Below are positions 1-10,266 of a stretch of DNA of 64,000 nt, one piece after another. The stretch lies in the IMG/VR virus record IMGVR_UViG_3300020207_002070; one strand, written 5' to 3'. Under the pieces are notes generated by a model. The model saw only the letters and a list, made by a program, of their open reading frames with translations, was not told where the DNA came from and ran no database searches. Made by a program: the position numbers and the translations under genes. Source of the DNA: an uncultured virus (IMG/VR IMGVR_UViG_3300020207_002070). Its lineage: Duplodnaviria; Heunggongvirae; Uroviricota; Caudoviricetes. Numbering within the stretch: the stretch's first letter is position 1; each line of letters begins with the position of its first letter.

Positions 1-1425
1 TGCCTCTTTGTAAAACTTTTTACGTTGAGTAAGGTGCCGCTTCGCAAACTTACAAGTGCTTGTAAGATCCCATATTTGTACGAAGTCTTTGTCCTTTGCC
101 TTTCTTACGCCTCTACCTATAGATTGAATAACACGAACAAAAGATTTACCAGGCTCAATAAGAACAAGGTTAAAGATCCGAGGAATATTAATCCCAACAG
201 CCGCAACCCCATATGTAGCGATGACCACTTGGTTATCACCTGTATTAATCTCGTCATAAGCATCCTTTCGATCTTTTAGCTTAACGTCACCCTTTACAAA
301 TGTTGATCCGGGTATTAGTTCTTGTAGCATTTCGCCTGCACTAATTCTGTCTACAAGTATAAGTGTATTACCTGATTGCCTTACTGTGTTTAGTAGTTTG
401 CCTATATATTCTATTCTGTCTTTATTTGTTACTAGATACTTTAATTCTGATTGATAATCAGTGTGTACTTGAGTGTCCATTAATTGTACAATGTTAACAT
501 GACACTGTGATAGCACACCTTTGTCTTGTAATTCCTTAGCACTGATCTGTCCAATTACTGGACCTAATGAAGCGTGGATAGACTCAAACTCAAACTTCTC
601 TTTAGGTACTGTGCCAGTTAGTCCCCAACGGATAGGAGCGTTGCGTAGGTTGCGTGTAAGCAGATTCTTTAGTACTTCTGCTTTAGCTTGGTGTACTTCG
701 TCGACAATAATAGTGCTTACACCTTCTAAGAACTCTGCTAGGCTTAATACAGCCGCGCCGTCCTTATGCCGCTTGTCAAGTATATTCAAACTTTGCCAAG
801 TGCATATAGTGTGAGTCTTACCTAGTTCTTTTCTGTCTCCGAAGTACACCCCTACGTCTAACCCACAATTGATGTAGTCTTCTTCTGTTTGTGTAACAAG
901 TGATTTGTTAGGCACAATCACAAGACTACGTCCGTACGGCTCACTAATGTGTGACAGTGTGGCTGTGGTAATTGTTTTACCTGCACCTGTTGCAATTTCC
1001 TGCAAGCTCTGTGGGTTTTGTAGAAAGTTGTTGATTGCTGTAACTTGATAGTCACGCAGAATTATTTCTTCGCCTTCTGCAGGATGACCTTTTGGCCAGC
1101 GTACACCTTGGTCTGCCCAGTAACGTTCTGTAATAGTAGGAAAGTTAAACTGTACTGGATGTCTATTATCTTCAATGTCAACTATTTGGACGTTATTTTT
1201 TTGTAAAGTATCAACAATGACATCAAGATGATTAACGTAGCCTGTCCCGCCAATACCAAAGAAAGCAACTTTACCGTCCCATCGTCCCAGTTTATACTGG
1301 GGCATGTATCGAGCATAAGGCACTTCAAACTTAAGAGCATTGGAGAGCTTTCTTCTAACATCTACATCTAATCCTTCTAGTTTGATGTTTACTTCATCTT
1401 CAATTATTAGTTTGCAACTTGCCAA
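1..1425 (-). CDS. uvsW: UvsW-like SF2 DNA helicase (3' end runs off the window; absent from the ORF track)
   Basis: Translated by hand from TTG at 1425, directly after the upstream TAA: MASCKLIIEDEVNIKLEG...YARYMPQYKLGRWDGK. Contains Walker A IATGAGKT, motif II VDEVH and motif III GLTGT. Confidence 0.92.
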   Translation of the reverse strand, partial: MASCKLIIEDEVNIKLEGLDVDVRRKLSNALKFEVPYARYMPQYKLGRWDGKVAFFGIGGTGYVNHLDVIVDTLQKNNVQIVDIEDNRHPVQFNFPTITERYWADQGVRWPKGHPAEGEEIILRDYQVTAINNFLQNPQSLQEIATGAGKTITTATLSHISEPYGRSLVIVPNKSLVTQTEEDYINCGLDVGVYFGDRKELGKTHTICTWQSLNILDKRHKDGAAVLSLAEFLEGVSTIIVDEVHQAKAEVLKNLLTRNLRNAPIRWGLTGTVPKEKFEFESIHASLGPVIGQISAKELQDKGVLSQCHVNIVQLMDTQVHTDYQSELKYLVTNKDRIEYIGKLLNTVRQSGNTLILVDRISAGEMLQELIPGSTFVKGDVKLKDRKDAYDEINTGDNQVVIATYGVAAVGINIPRIFNLVLIEPGKSFVRVIQSIGRGVRKAKDKDFVQIWDLTSTCKFAKRHLTQRKKFYKEA

Positions 1426-2664
1426 TTAAATTTCCTCAATAGATTGTCTTTGAAACCGCATGTACTGAGATGTATTACTATCAAACTGTAGTACTAAATC
1501 AAATTCGTTTAGATATGCTTTTGTTTTTATGTTTGGTCTAATACTTTCTAACATAAGAGCAGTATAAGCATTCCAATCAGATTTGATTAAAGGTTTCGGT
1601 ATCTTATCGTTAATATACACTATTTTTGTGTTTTTGTCAAGAGGAGAATTTAGTTTATTGTCTTTAATGTAACTATTAAAGTCATTATTTTTGTCATTAT
1701 CTAGTCTAAATAAAACTGTAGACTCAGTGTCATCTAGAATGTTTCTAAAAGCTCTATGTACTTTAACCAAATGATTTAATGGATTGTCAGAAGGTAGTAT
1801 TACTAAAAGAGGAAATCTTTTTAATTCGACTATGCTATATATTAAGTTATCAAACGTGTATTTGTTTGAATTAACCATCACGTTTTTTTGTGTTCTGTTG
1901 ATTATTTTTTGACTAATAATACTTAAATTATTAGTACTAATTTCTAAGTCATTTTTGTCAAAATAGTTTAATCCGAATATTTTTTGTTTGTCTTTATAAA
2001 GTGCTAAATTTTTAGTTGTAGGTTTTCCTAACATTTTTTCTAAATTAGTTTTAGCAACATCTGGTAAATGTTTTACTTCAAAGTTATATACACCAGGAAT
2101 ATATAAATGTTTATTGTTATTAATTTTTTCTAATTGTTCATATGTTTCAATAAGAAAATCATCTATGTCAAAATTCTTATCTTTAAATATTTCTACCAAA
2201 CGGTGTATATTTTTTTCATTGAGAACAAAATAATGTTCGTGGCTACCTTTTGTATGATGATAGTCGCCTACCTTTTGTATTTTATCTAGTTCTACTATAA
2301 GTTTTTTACTAAACGGAAATCTAACCTTAATCCACTTTCTATCACTTTTATGCAAATGATAGGGTGTGTTAGGAAACGGATTATCATAATCACAAACTTT
2401 AATATATTTGCTTCTATCAATTTCTCTCAGAGGCATTCTAAGATTTTCTAATTCTACTTCAAAATTAGAATTATTGTCAAATTGATCTTTATATTTTAGT
2501 AGTTTTTCTTTTACTAAAGAATATTGTCTATCAGTTAATGCTGTTCCCCTAAAGACTTGTCTTCCTATACTTTGTAATATAGAAATGTCGCTAGACTCTA
2601 TCTTAAACATAGAACTGTTTTTAAGTCCAACTAATAATTCAAGGTAATCTTCTACTGTATTCAT
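1426..2664 (-). CDS. Hypothetical protein, translationally coupled to uvsW
   Basis: 412-aa ORF whose stop abuts the uvsW start; preceded by a sigma70-like promoter; no recognised motif. Confidence 0.75.
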   Translation of the reverse strand: MNTVEDYLELLVGLKNSSMFKIESSDISILQSIGRQVFRGTALTDRQYSLVKEKLLKYKDQFDNNSNFEVELENLRMPLREIDRSKYIKVCDYDNPFPNTPYHLHKSDRKWIKVRFPFSKKLIVELDKIQKVGDYHHTKGSHEHYFVLNEKNIHRLVEIFKDKNFDIDDFLIETYEQLEKINNNKHLYIPGVYNFEVKHLPDVAKTNLEKMLGKPTTKNLALYKDKQKIFGLNYFDKNDLEISTNNLSIISQKIINRTQKNVMVNSNKYTFDNLIYSIVELKRFPLLVILPSDNPLNHLVKVHRAFRNILDDTESTVLFRLDNDKNNDFNSYIKDNKLNSPLDKNTKIVYINDKIPKPLIKSDWNAYTALMLESIRPNIKTKAYLNEFDLVLQFDSNTSQYMRFQRQSIEEI

Positions 2665-2670
2665 AAGTAT

Positions 2671-2699
2671 ATTATAACTTAAAACAGTTTAGAAGTCAA
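2671..2699 (-). promoter_or_regulatory. Sigma70-like early promoter
   Basis: TTGACT-N17-TATAAT, ending 6 nt before the ATG at 2664. Confidence 0.75.
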
Positions 2700-3533
2700 G
2701 CGTTTAAGTGGTAGTCCTGCAGAAATTTCTTCTACTGTATATTCAGTCCAAGCGTAATCGTTTAGCCATTGTGTTCTATCCGGAGTCAATGGTGTTTCTA
2801 TATCGTGAAGAAAGTCTATGTCGTTACCAACGTCATACGCTAACGAGCTAGGGCTTACAAACGCTGGAACACCTTCTAGTACACTGTGTATACCAGGATT
2901 ACTACTATAGCTTACAGTAGCATATACGTTGCTGTAGTCTATATCAAAATCGTCATAGCTACCAGGTGTTTGTTTAGGTGTTTGTCTACGAACGTTTTTA
3001 AATTCGTGTTCAATGCTGGGTAATGTGCATCTAGGATGAGGACGAAAAACAATTGGCCTATCAGTATGTTTTTGTATTTCAGTAATTGTATTCATTACCC
3101 AGTTACTCATACTAGGCATATTAATCCATTGCAGACTTTTATCGTGTTGCCCGCATATAAGAATGTATTCGCCGTTATTCCGCCAAGGCTTTAGCGAAAG
3201 ATCCAAAACATTAGCACGATCGCTGTTATTACCGTTATCACCAAAGTAACCATCTCTATTAATTCCGTTTAATGCAACTTTCCAAGTTGTACCTCTACTT
3301 ATACCACCTACTTCTAGGACCACGGTCGGTTTGGATTGTTCCAAGTTCCTTTTCCAGATATCTTTATTCTTAGCCATTCTCCCAGCGAATAGAACACTCC
3401 AAATAACATCAACATCAGATACAGGGTCGTTCCAAACAACGTCATGCCCAGCAGCCACAAGACTGTGAGCAAAGGCATTAAAAACTTCTCTACTATTAAG
3501 TGCGCCATAATTTGTCCATAAACTAAATTTCAT
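2679..3533 (-). CDS. Putative glycosyltransferase, capsule-polysaccharide-synthesis-like (GT-B C-terminal half)
   Basis: ILICGQ...VFRPHP...SYSSNPGIHSVLEGVPAF pattern; paralogous to 5010..5936 and to the C-terminal half of 5933..7627. Confidence 0.55.
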   Translation of the reverse strand: MKFSLWTNYGALNSREVFNAFAHSLVAAGHDVVWNDPVSDVDVIWSVLFAGRMAKNKDIWKRNLEQSKPTVVLEVGGISRGTTWKVALNGINRDGYFGDNGNNSDRANVLDLSLKPWRNNGEYILICGQHDKSLQWINMPSMSNWVMNTITEIQKHTDRPIVFRPHPRCTLPSIEHEFKNVRRQTPKQTPGSYDDFDIDYSNVYATVSYSSNPGIHSVLEGVPAFVSPSSLAYDVGNDIDFLHDIETPLTPDRTQWLNDYAWTEYTVEEISAGLPLKRLTSKLF

Positions 3534-3574
3534 ATGTAAATACTTTCATATAGTTTATTTACACGAGGTACACA

Positions 3575-4411
3575 ATGCCAGCAATAACTGTGGTTACAAC
3601 ATTTCATCCAGACGGGTATTCAAAATACGGACAAAGATTTTTAGAAAGTTTTGCAAAACAAGTAGATCCAAGAATTAAATTAGTAGTATATGCTGAAGGA
3701 ATATTACCTCCTAATCCAGATATAAGAAGAATAGAAATACTAAGTGCAGAAAAGGCATTACCTAAACTAAATGCATTTAAAGAAAAATATAAAAACGATC
3801 CTAGAGCAAACGGCATTCCTCCAGATGATATAAAAGCAAGACGCCCAAGAGATTGGCATAAAGCATTTAAGTGGGATGGCATTAGATTTGCTAATAAAAC
3901 TTATGCAGTATTTGATGCATTTGAAAAAGGCAAGGATTGGATTGTATGGATGGACGCAGACAGTTACATCCACAGTCACTGGAGTTACGAAGACTTTATA
4001 TCACTGCTGCCTAACAACACATACATTACATATGTAGGTAGAGGTAAAGGATCACAAACATGGCCCGAGTGCGGATTCTATGGTATGAATAAAAATCATC
4101 CTGTGTGTCACGAGTTTATGAAGGACTTTGAAGCAATGTATGAAGATGCGGAAAACGGAATGTTTAAGTTAGAAGAATGGCACGACAGTTATATCTTTGG
4201 CGAAATATTAAACAAGTATAAAGAGTTTCCGTCACACGATTATAGTGCAGACATGTATCTTAAGGAAGCTAAGACAGGCGGTGGTGGACATCCACTTATT
4301 AATGGTCCGTTAGGTAAATGGATGGATCACATGAAAGGCGGACGTAAAGACAGTGGCAAAAGTTTGCCTAAAGACTTAATGGTTAACAGAACCGAAGACT
4401 ATTGGAAATAA
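3575..4411 (+). CDS. Putative GT-A glycosyltransferase
   Basis: VVTTF N-terminal strand, RFANK, WMDAD (DxD), ECGF, WHDS; SD-like GAGG upstream. Confidence 0.65.
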   Translation: MPAITVVTTFHPDGYSKYGQRFLESFAKQVDPRIKLVVYAEGILPPNPDIRRIEILSAEKALPKLNAFKEKYKNDPRANGIPPDDIKARRPRDWHKAFKWDGIRFANKTYAVFDAFEKGKDWIVWMDADSYIHSHWSYEDFISLLPNNTYITYVGRGKGSQTWPECGFYGMNKNHPVCHEFMKDFEAMYEDAENGMFKLEEWHDSYIFGEILNKYKEFPSHDYSADMYLKEAKTGGGGHPLINGPLGKWMDHMKGGRKDSGKSLPKDLMVNRTEDYWK

Positions 4412-5013
4412 TCTCCCCAATATGTATAATCATCTGAATAATAATCTTTGATTATATCGACATGCTCTTTTGTAACATTTACTAAGACATTAACTTGTGA
4501 AGTTGTTTTTGTTTGAGTAGGACGTATCTTGCATTCTGAAATTTTAGATACATCATCTAAAAATCTAGTACCAATTTCTTGTGTTAAGTAAATGTTATCA
4601 TAAAAACTAGGATCTTTTTTAAGTACAACTACTTGCGGTAATGAGTGCCTTTTTAAATCTATATACTTTTCTCTAAGATAATCGAGATTGTTTATAAAAT
4701 CTTCCCAGTTGTTTACTTCTTTTTTAATGTTATTTCTATTTTTTAACATTACACGATCTTTAAAACAACTTACAACTCTTTGCACAGGATCGCGAACAAG
4801 TGCATACTTGTAGTCTAGTTCATCTAAAGAACTATAAGGACTACGTGGTAAGGTTTTCCACCATTCGTCATGTTTTCCTAAAACATGTTTCATCTGTCTG
4901 GCTAAGTGCCTTTGTGCTCTAGGAAATCCTAAAATACTTGTTACACTAGTTGATCCGACTTTTTTACTACAAGCAACATACAGCGTTTTTTGATTTGGAA
5001 ATTTTACTATCAT
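4399..5013 (-). CDS. Sulfotransferase family 2-like protein
   Basis: 5'-PSB-like KKVGSTS, 3'-PB-like VRDPVQRVVS, HSLPQ, C-terminal YYSDDY. Confidence 0.7.
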   Translation of the reverse strand: MIVKFPNQKTLYVACSKKVGSTSVTSILGFPRAQRHLARQMKHVLGKHDEWWKTLPRSPYSSLDELDYKYALVRDPVQRVVSCFKDRVMLKNRNNIKKEVNNWEDFINNLDYLREKYIDLKRHSLPQVVVLKKDPSFYDNIYLTQEIGTRFLDDVSKISECKIRPTQTKTTSQVNVLVNVTKEHVDIIKDYYSDDYTYWGDYFQ

Positions 5014-5936
5014 ACATATTGTCTCATATGTCTCCAGGCTGATCCATCTTCAAGTTCACTAAATTTCCAATGGAACATACTAATACGCTGAAGCCATTTT
5101 TCTCTGTCAAACTCTTTAGGTGATTCTAATCTACTAAAATCTGAATGTGCTACTTCTGCACATTGGCTAGTGTTAGGATCTGTTATAAATGCATGATAAC
5201 CTTGTATAATAGGACCAACTATTGAACTACTATTATGATTAACAACTGCCCAGCATCCATTTAAGTCATCTTCTAAAGAATATCTATTGTTCTGTACTGT
5301 AGCAAATTTTACCTGTCTAAGTAGTCTACTTATTTCACCTGCACGTCTGTTTGTTTGATTATCTTTAGGATGCAATCTTACACGTATAGGTCTATCAGAA
5401 AAATTTCTAATAGCATTGCATGTTTTTATAAGCCACTTGTCTAAACTTAAAGTTCCCATACTCCATCCGCCTTCTCTTTGAGCACAAATTAAAATATGTC
5501 CCTTGTCTCGTACTTTATTTTCTAAAACGATGCCTGTGTCTTTGCTTATTTGTTCCCAACGTTTTGGATCAATATTGTTGTCAAAATAATTTCCTGTATT
5601 AGGGAATACTCCGTCAAAACTATATCGAAGGTAATGATGTGGCTCGTTTGATTTGTTAGCATACAAAAATAAATTAGCATCTGCGCAACAAACATGCTTA
5701 TTTTTTGTACAATCTATGACGCTTTGTCGTAGTCTCAAATGAGGAGCGTTCTTGCCACGTTCATGTTGCCAGCCTTGTATGACTCCAACGTCTGAATCTA
5801 TTAAATCGTTTCCTTTGTGTAGTACACCAATATCGCCGGCTGCATTAACACCTTGCACAAATTTAGTTAAAATGTTAAACTTTTCTTGACTTTTATTTTT
5901 GCTAGGTACTACATTGTAGTAACTAACTACTTTCAC
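5010..5936 (-). CDS. Putative glycosyltransferase, capsule-polysaccharide-synthesis-like
   Basis: ILICAQ...VRLHP...VNHNSSSIVGPIIQGYHAF. Likely start is the GTG at 5936 overlapping the upstream stop (track start 5951). Confidence 0.55.
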   Translation of the reverse strand: MKVVSYYNVVPSKNKSQEKFNILTKFVQGVNAAGDIGVLHKGNDLIDSDVGVIQGWQHERGKNAPHLRLRQSVIDCTKNKHVCCADANLFLYANKSNEPHHYLRYSFDGVFPNTGNYFDNNIDPKRWEQISKDTGIVLENKVRDKGHILICAQREGGWSMGTLSLDKWLIKTCNAIRNFSDRPIRVRLHPKDNQTNRRAGEISRLLRQVKFATVQNNRYSLEDDLNGCWAVVNHNSSSIVGPIIQGYHAFITDPNTSQCAEVAHSDFSRLESPKEFDREKWLQRISMFHWKFSELEDGSAWRHMRQYV

Positions 5937-7627
5937 TTTACTATCTCCCAAGCATAGCCGTTCATCATTTCTTCTCTATTAAATTGTGCATAACTTAAAT
6001 GACACATAAGAGAATACATTGTATCTTTGTCTGGCATATTTAGATTATTAATTTGTGATAGTTCTGTGTTACATACAGCAGTTGCGCAATTAGGACCTAA
6101 CGCAATAGCAGGCTTGCCAAAATTAAGTGCTTCAAGTGCTGCAATACTATTATATGTAACTACACAATAAACATCATTTGCCATTGCTGCTTCTAGTGAT
6201 TGATTTGTAATTCTGTGTCTACGATCAGGTTTTAATCTAATTTCGACAGGACGATCTGTATACTCTTTTAATTGTTCGCTAACCTGCTTTACCCATTCTT
6301 CTGGACTCGGTTGATCCCATAACATCATAACTTTTTCACTAGGAGGAACAAGTAGAATTTTTCTCCCATCGCCTTTAAACTTTTTGTATTTCCAGTTTAG
6401 TAAACGGTCATCAGGTCGATACATAATAGGTTGTGTATTTTGTAATGCGTTCTTAGTTACACGATGCCATATTTTAGATTTGCTTCCTTCGTTACCGAAA
6501 TACCCTGTATCAATAGCATAAAATGTACGCTTTGTTTCCCAACAATGCTGTAGAGCTTTTCTACTGCCGCCGCCTAGTCCTCTAATTACTAATGGTGTAT
6601 CTGTACGTTCTTCAGTCTTCCAATCACTTAATCTACCACCACTACCTATTACAAAACTTTGTAAATATTCGTCGTACTGTAATCCGTCTTTGTTATATGC
6701 AATTCCCTCTTCAGGATCAATTGCAGCATTTTTATGAACTGTTCCTTTCATAAATTTATTTTGTATAATTTTCATTGCTTCTTCCTGGGTGTTTCCGTAA
6801 TACTTACCTGTAGGATCAATTGGTGTATATATTACTGTTTTTACGGTATCAAGTACTTCACTAGGTAAGGTTAACTCTTCAAATTTTGATCCTTTTGATT
6901 TTGCTAAATTTGTCTTTTGTTCTGCACCTTTTATACCTTCCATTAGATACTTACGTTCTGCTCTGTAGTATTCTAAATTATACTCGCAATCTTTATATTC
7001 TTCGAACCAAGGTCCGCCTTCTGTATAATGAATAAACTTCGGCTTTCCATCTTCCGGTTCTTTATACCATCCTACTAGCCAGTTCCATTCGTGACTAATT
7101 GCACCAATTTCGTTATCTTTTAACCAACTAAATCTATGTAGATACTTACCGTCAATATTAGGATCGTTAACAAGGTCTTTTGTTAGTTTTGCGTTACTTG
7201 GATGTCCGCAGTTAACTAACATCATACTTGACCAATTTTTACGTGGATAGTTTAACTGTTGTCTGCCATCCATTTTTGTGCCTTCTTTAGGCGTATAATC
7301 GTGTTGTGCGCACATTAATGCATACTTATTGTCAGCTTGATCAAATAATTTTTTTACATCTTCAACAGCAATAAAGTCACAATCAATAAACAATGCCCAA
7401 CCCTTGAACTGTGCCATTTCTGCTATTAAAAATCTTGTAAATGTAAATTCAGTACTAGCAAGTTTGTCTGACTTGCGCCAATATAGCCCGTCTCTTTTTA
7501 GTAATCTTTGCTTTAAAGGAATAACTTCAATAGGAACTGATGCAGTATCTAACAAACTTTGTTTACAGGCTTGGTAAGCAATATCTTCTCTACTATCCCA
7601 GCCTACATATATTCTTAATGGATCCAT
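5933..7627 (-). CDS. Two-domain glycosyltransferase (GT8-like GT-A domain plus capsule-synthesis-like domain)
   Basis: N-terminal IYVGWDSRE, STEFTFTRF, FIDCD, YPRKNWSS, HYTEGGPW; C-terminal IRLKP...VTYNSIAALEALNFGKP. Confidence 0.75.
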   Translation of the reverse strand: MDPLRIYVGWDSREDIAYQACKQSLLDTASVPIEVIPLKQRLLKRDGLYWRKSDKLASTEFTFTRFLIAEMAQFKGWALFIDCDFIAVEDVKKLFDQADNKYALMCAQHDYTPKEGTKMDGRQQLNYPRKNWSSMMLVNCGHPSNAKLTKDLVNDPNIDGKYLHRFSWLKDNEIGAISHEWNWLVGWYKEPEDGKPKFIHYTEGGPWFEEYKDCEYNLEYYRAERKYLMEGIKGAEQKTNLAKSKGSKFEELTLPSEVLDTVKTVIYTPIDPTGKYYGNTQEEAMKIIQNKFMKGTVHKNAAIDPEEGIAYNKDGLQYDEYLQSFVIGSGGRLSDWKTEERTDTPLVIRGLGGGSRKALQHCWETKRTFYAIDTGYFGNEGSKSKIWHRVTKNALQNTQPIMYRPDDRLLNWKYKKFKGDGRKILLVPPSEKVMMLWDQPSPEEWVKQVSEQLKEYTDRPVEIRLKPDRRHRITNQSLEAAMANDVYCVVTYNSIAALEALNFGKPAIALGPNCATAVCNTELSQINNLNMPDKDTMYSLMCHLSYAQFNREEMMNGYAWEIVK

Positions 7628-8388
7628 TAGTCTCTTCTTTCAATATCTTCTTCGGTTAGCTCATCACCTAACCAGACTTCAATTACCTTTGCGGTAATAT
7701 CACCTACGTTTGTTGCTTTGTGCCAAGTATTAACTGGTATGTCAATACTGTCTCCCGAATAGTATGTTTTATTAATTATGTCATTATTCTCAAATTGTAA
7801 TGCCATGTGTATTGTACCTTCTACAACATGCCAATGTTCTGAACGTTTAAAATGTCGTTGATCGCTAAGACTTTTACCTACATCAAACGCAAGTTTTTTA
7901 GTAGCCCAGCCATCGCCTTTATCTAGCACAGTGTAGTTGCCCCATGCACGTTCTGTAGTAGGTTGAGCCCATTCTTTTAAAATCCAACTGCTTGAATTCT
8001 TTTTATCTTCGCCGCCTACACCAAATGCAAATTCTACACTAGGATGTCCGCCATATGCTTCGTATTCAGGTGTAGTAGTATTACTTCTATCGCCGCCATT
8101 GGCAAATATAATCTTGCCAGTTGTAGTTGACATTGTATGAAAAATTGCTTGACTTGCACTATTGTCGCTGTCGTCAAATCCTATAACCTTATCTACTACT
8201 GCTAGTTCTTTAATAATAGCAACACGTTCTTTAAACGGCATAAACGGTTTACCTTTTTTTCGTGTTAACCAATCGTCGCTGTTAACTCCTACGATTAATC
8301 GATCTCCTAATTCTCGTGCTGCTTTAAAATATTCTATATGTCCGGAGTGCAGAGGATCAAATCCTCCTGTGACTAATACTGTTTTCAT
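7627..8388 (-). CDS. Cytidylyltransferase-family nucleotidyltransferase fused to a mannose-6-phosphate-isomerase-type cupin
   Basis: TGGFDPLHSGH (HxGH), GVNSD, FANGGDR, SSS; C-terminal RAWG...LSDQRHFKRSEHW...WH. Start placed at MKTVLV, 8388. Confidence 0.85.
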   Translation of the reverse strand: MKTVLVTGGFDPLHSGHIEYFKAARELGDRLIVGVNSDDWLTRKKGKPFMPFKERVAIIKELAVVDKVIGFDDSDNSASQAIFHTMSTTTGKIIFANGGDRSNTTTPEYEAYGGHPSVEFAFGVGGEDKKNSSSWILKEWAQPTTERAWGNYTVLDKGDGWATKKLAFDVGKSLSDQRHFKRSEHWHVVEGTIHMALQFENNDIINKTYYSGDSIDIPVNTWHKATNVGDITAKVIEVWLGDELTEEDIERRD

Positions 8389-8393
8389 ACAGA

Positions 8394-8422
8394 TATTTAT
8401 GTACGCATTTAACTGATAAATA
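8394..8422. promoter_or_regulatory. Back-to-back T4-type late promoters
   Basis: CATAAATA on - (TAAATA 8394-8399) and GATAAATA on + (TAAATA 8417-8422), each 5 nt before an ATG. Confidence 0.7.
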
Positions 8423-8427
8423 TCTTT

Positions 8428-9075
8428 ATGAGTTACATTATAAATTCTCCTAAACCGGCAATCTTTATACACATACCTAAAACGGCCGGCGCTAGTGTAA
8501 TTAAATCGTTAAGCAAAGCATACAAAACTTCTACTATAGAAAATAGCATAACTCAAGATAACAACTTTCACAGTACAATACATCATACAAAAGATATTGT
8601 AGATGTTAAAGATTATTTTGTGTTTAGTATTGTAAGAAATCCGTTTGACAGAGCAGCTAGTTGGTATTTTTTTAGGCAGCAAGTTCTTCAAAAAGGATTA
8701 AAACAACTTAAAAAGAATTCGCCAAAGCCATTAAGAGTAGTTGACGATATGCACAAAGTAACACAAGAACTAGCAGTAATGAACAGCGGATTTAATCCTT
8801 GGTTTGATCGTTATGTTAACGAGCCTTGGGACTACACTTGGTTTTCATTGAGTAACAATCAAAGTGCTTGGCTGTCAGAAGATGTAAAAACTATTATTAA
8901 ATTTGAGTCAATTAATGACATTAAAAAATTGTATTTGTTTGAAAATATAGAACTAGGATATGCTAATAAGTCTAAAAATAATGGAAATTATAGAGACTTA
9001 TTTTCAAACAAAACAAAAAAATTAGCACAGAAAATTTATGAAGAAGATTTAGATATGTTTAATTACATATTCTAA
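8428..9075 (+). CDS. Sulfotransferase family 2 protein
   Basis: FIHIPKTAGAS (5'-PSB), VRNPFDRAASWY (3'-PB), C-terminal YEEDLDMFNY. Confidence 0.85.
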   Translation: MSYIINSPKPAIFIHIPKTAGASVIKSLSKAYKTSTIENSITQDNNFHSTIHHTKDIVDVKDYFVFSIVRNPFDRAASWYFFRQQVLQKGLKQLKKNSPKPLRVVDDMHKVTQELAVMNSGFNPWFDRYVNEPWDYTWFSLSNNQSAWLSEDVKTIIKFESINDIKKLYLFENIELGYANKSKNNGNYRDLFSNKTKKLAQKIYEEDLDMFNYIF

Positions 9076-9725
9076 ACAGGTGCATATGCTGTATCATCTT
9101 CCCATTCTTTAATCTTTTTATATCCTAAAGAGTAGATCCAATTGTCTAAATCTGTCAAACTATATCCAAAGTTTAAGCACAAGTCGTTTGTTTCTAGTAC
9201 AATTAAAGGTTTATATTTTTCTATAGTATTAACTGCACCTTGCAAAGCAAATAATTCATAACCTTCTAAATCAAACTGTATTAAATCTACATCTTTAATA
9301 TCTAAATCATCAATAGTAGTAATTTGTATATTTCCTAAATCTTCTGATATCATATGTTTGCCTGTATTTTTTCTATCTAATACAATACCTTTTTGTTCTT
9401 TAATATTTCCTAGACCAAGATTAAAAATTTGTGCGTTTGTTTTTTCTTTTAGGTTTTCTACTAAGCAATGATGATTTACAGTTTCAGGTTCAAACGTATA
9501 TACATTATCAAAAGTGTTACAATATTGATAAGGATATAGTCCACAATGTCCGCCCGCTTGTATAACAGTTCTATGCGATGTAATCATAGAAGAAATTTCG
9601 TTAGGAAAATTAAGATGCCCTGGCAATGTTAAGTAAGTCCAGGCTTTTCTATCTTTCTTAGGCCAAAGCCATTGTTTGTCTAGTACTTCTCTGTATTGTA
9701 CATTATATTTCATTTTTAAACTCAA
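9072..9725 (-). CDS. FkbM-family SAM methyltransferase
   Basis: IQAGGHCG, YTFEP, IQFDLEGYELFALQGA...KYKPLIVLE. Confidence 0.85.
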   Translation of the reverse strand: MSLKMKYNVQYREVLDKQWLWPKKDRKAWTYLTLPGHLNFPNEISSMITSHRTVIQAGGHCGLYPYQYCNTFDNVYTFEPETVNHHCLVENLKEKTNAQIFNLGLGNIKEQKGIVLDRKNTGKHMISEDLGNIQITTIDDLDIKDVDLIQFDLEGYELFALQGAVNTIEKYKPLIVLETNDLCLNFGYSLTDLDNWIYSLGYKKIKEWEDDTAYAPV

Positions 9726-10266
9726 TTTCAGCTGTTATGTATTTTTTAGTTTCGCTTAGTATGTTTTTTATAACTATATCTTTTTGATTAGATTTTTTTC
9801 TAATATCAAAAATAATTTTAGAATTTTTATGTTTGTGTTTTTGTATCAGATGCTTATATGTAGACGCTGGATAATGAAAGCCGCAGCTAACAGCACTATA
9901 AAATAAATCAAATTTTATATTTTTGTCTATCTGAATGTTATTTGCATCTATAAAAACATACTCCATATTTCTTTCATCATATGTCTTTTTTAAATCTGTA
10001 ATTTTACTGTAAAATTTAAAATCTTTTACGCCGCCGTAATTAGCATCACGAGGGTTATCTTTTGTATTATCAAAATCACCGTCTAACAAATATATTTTCG
10101 TTCCGAAGGTTTTATGAAAATGTTCGCTTTCTCTAGCAATACCACATCCTATATCTAACATAGTTTCTACAGGTCCAGTATAAGATGATATTTTTTTAAA
10201 TATTTTTTCTTTTGACTCGGCATGATAAGAGTTATTAAGCCAGCCTGTTATCCACTTATCGTCCAT
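9703..10266 (-). CDS. Class I SAM-dependent methyltransferase
   Basis: MLDIGCG motif I, FDLFYS, GFHYP. Confidence 0.75.
   Translation of the reverse strand: MDDKWITGWLNNSYHAESKEKIFKKISSYTGPVETMLDIGCGIARESEHFHKTFGTKIYLLDGDFDNTKDNPRDANYGGVKDFKFYSKITDLKKTYDERNMEYVFIDANNIQIDKNIKFDLFYSAVSCGFHYPASTYKHLIQKHKHKNSKIIFDIRKKSNQKDIVIKNILSETKKYITAEIEFKNEI

Noticed and set aside
25..814. Short + strand ORFs at 25..279 and 521..814
   Set aside because: They are antisense shadows of the uvsW frame, which carries the helicase motifs.
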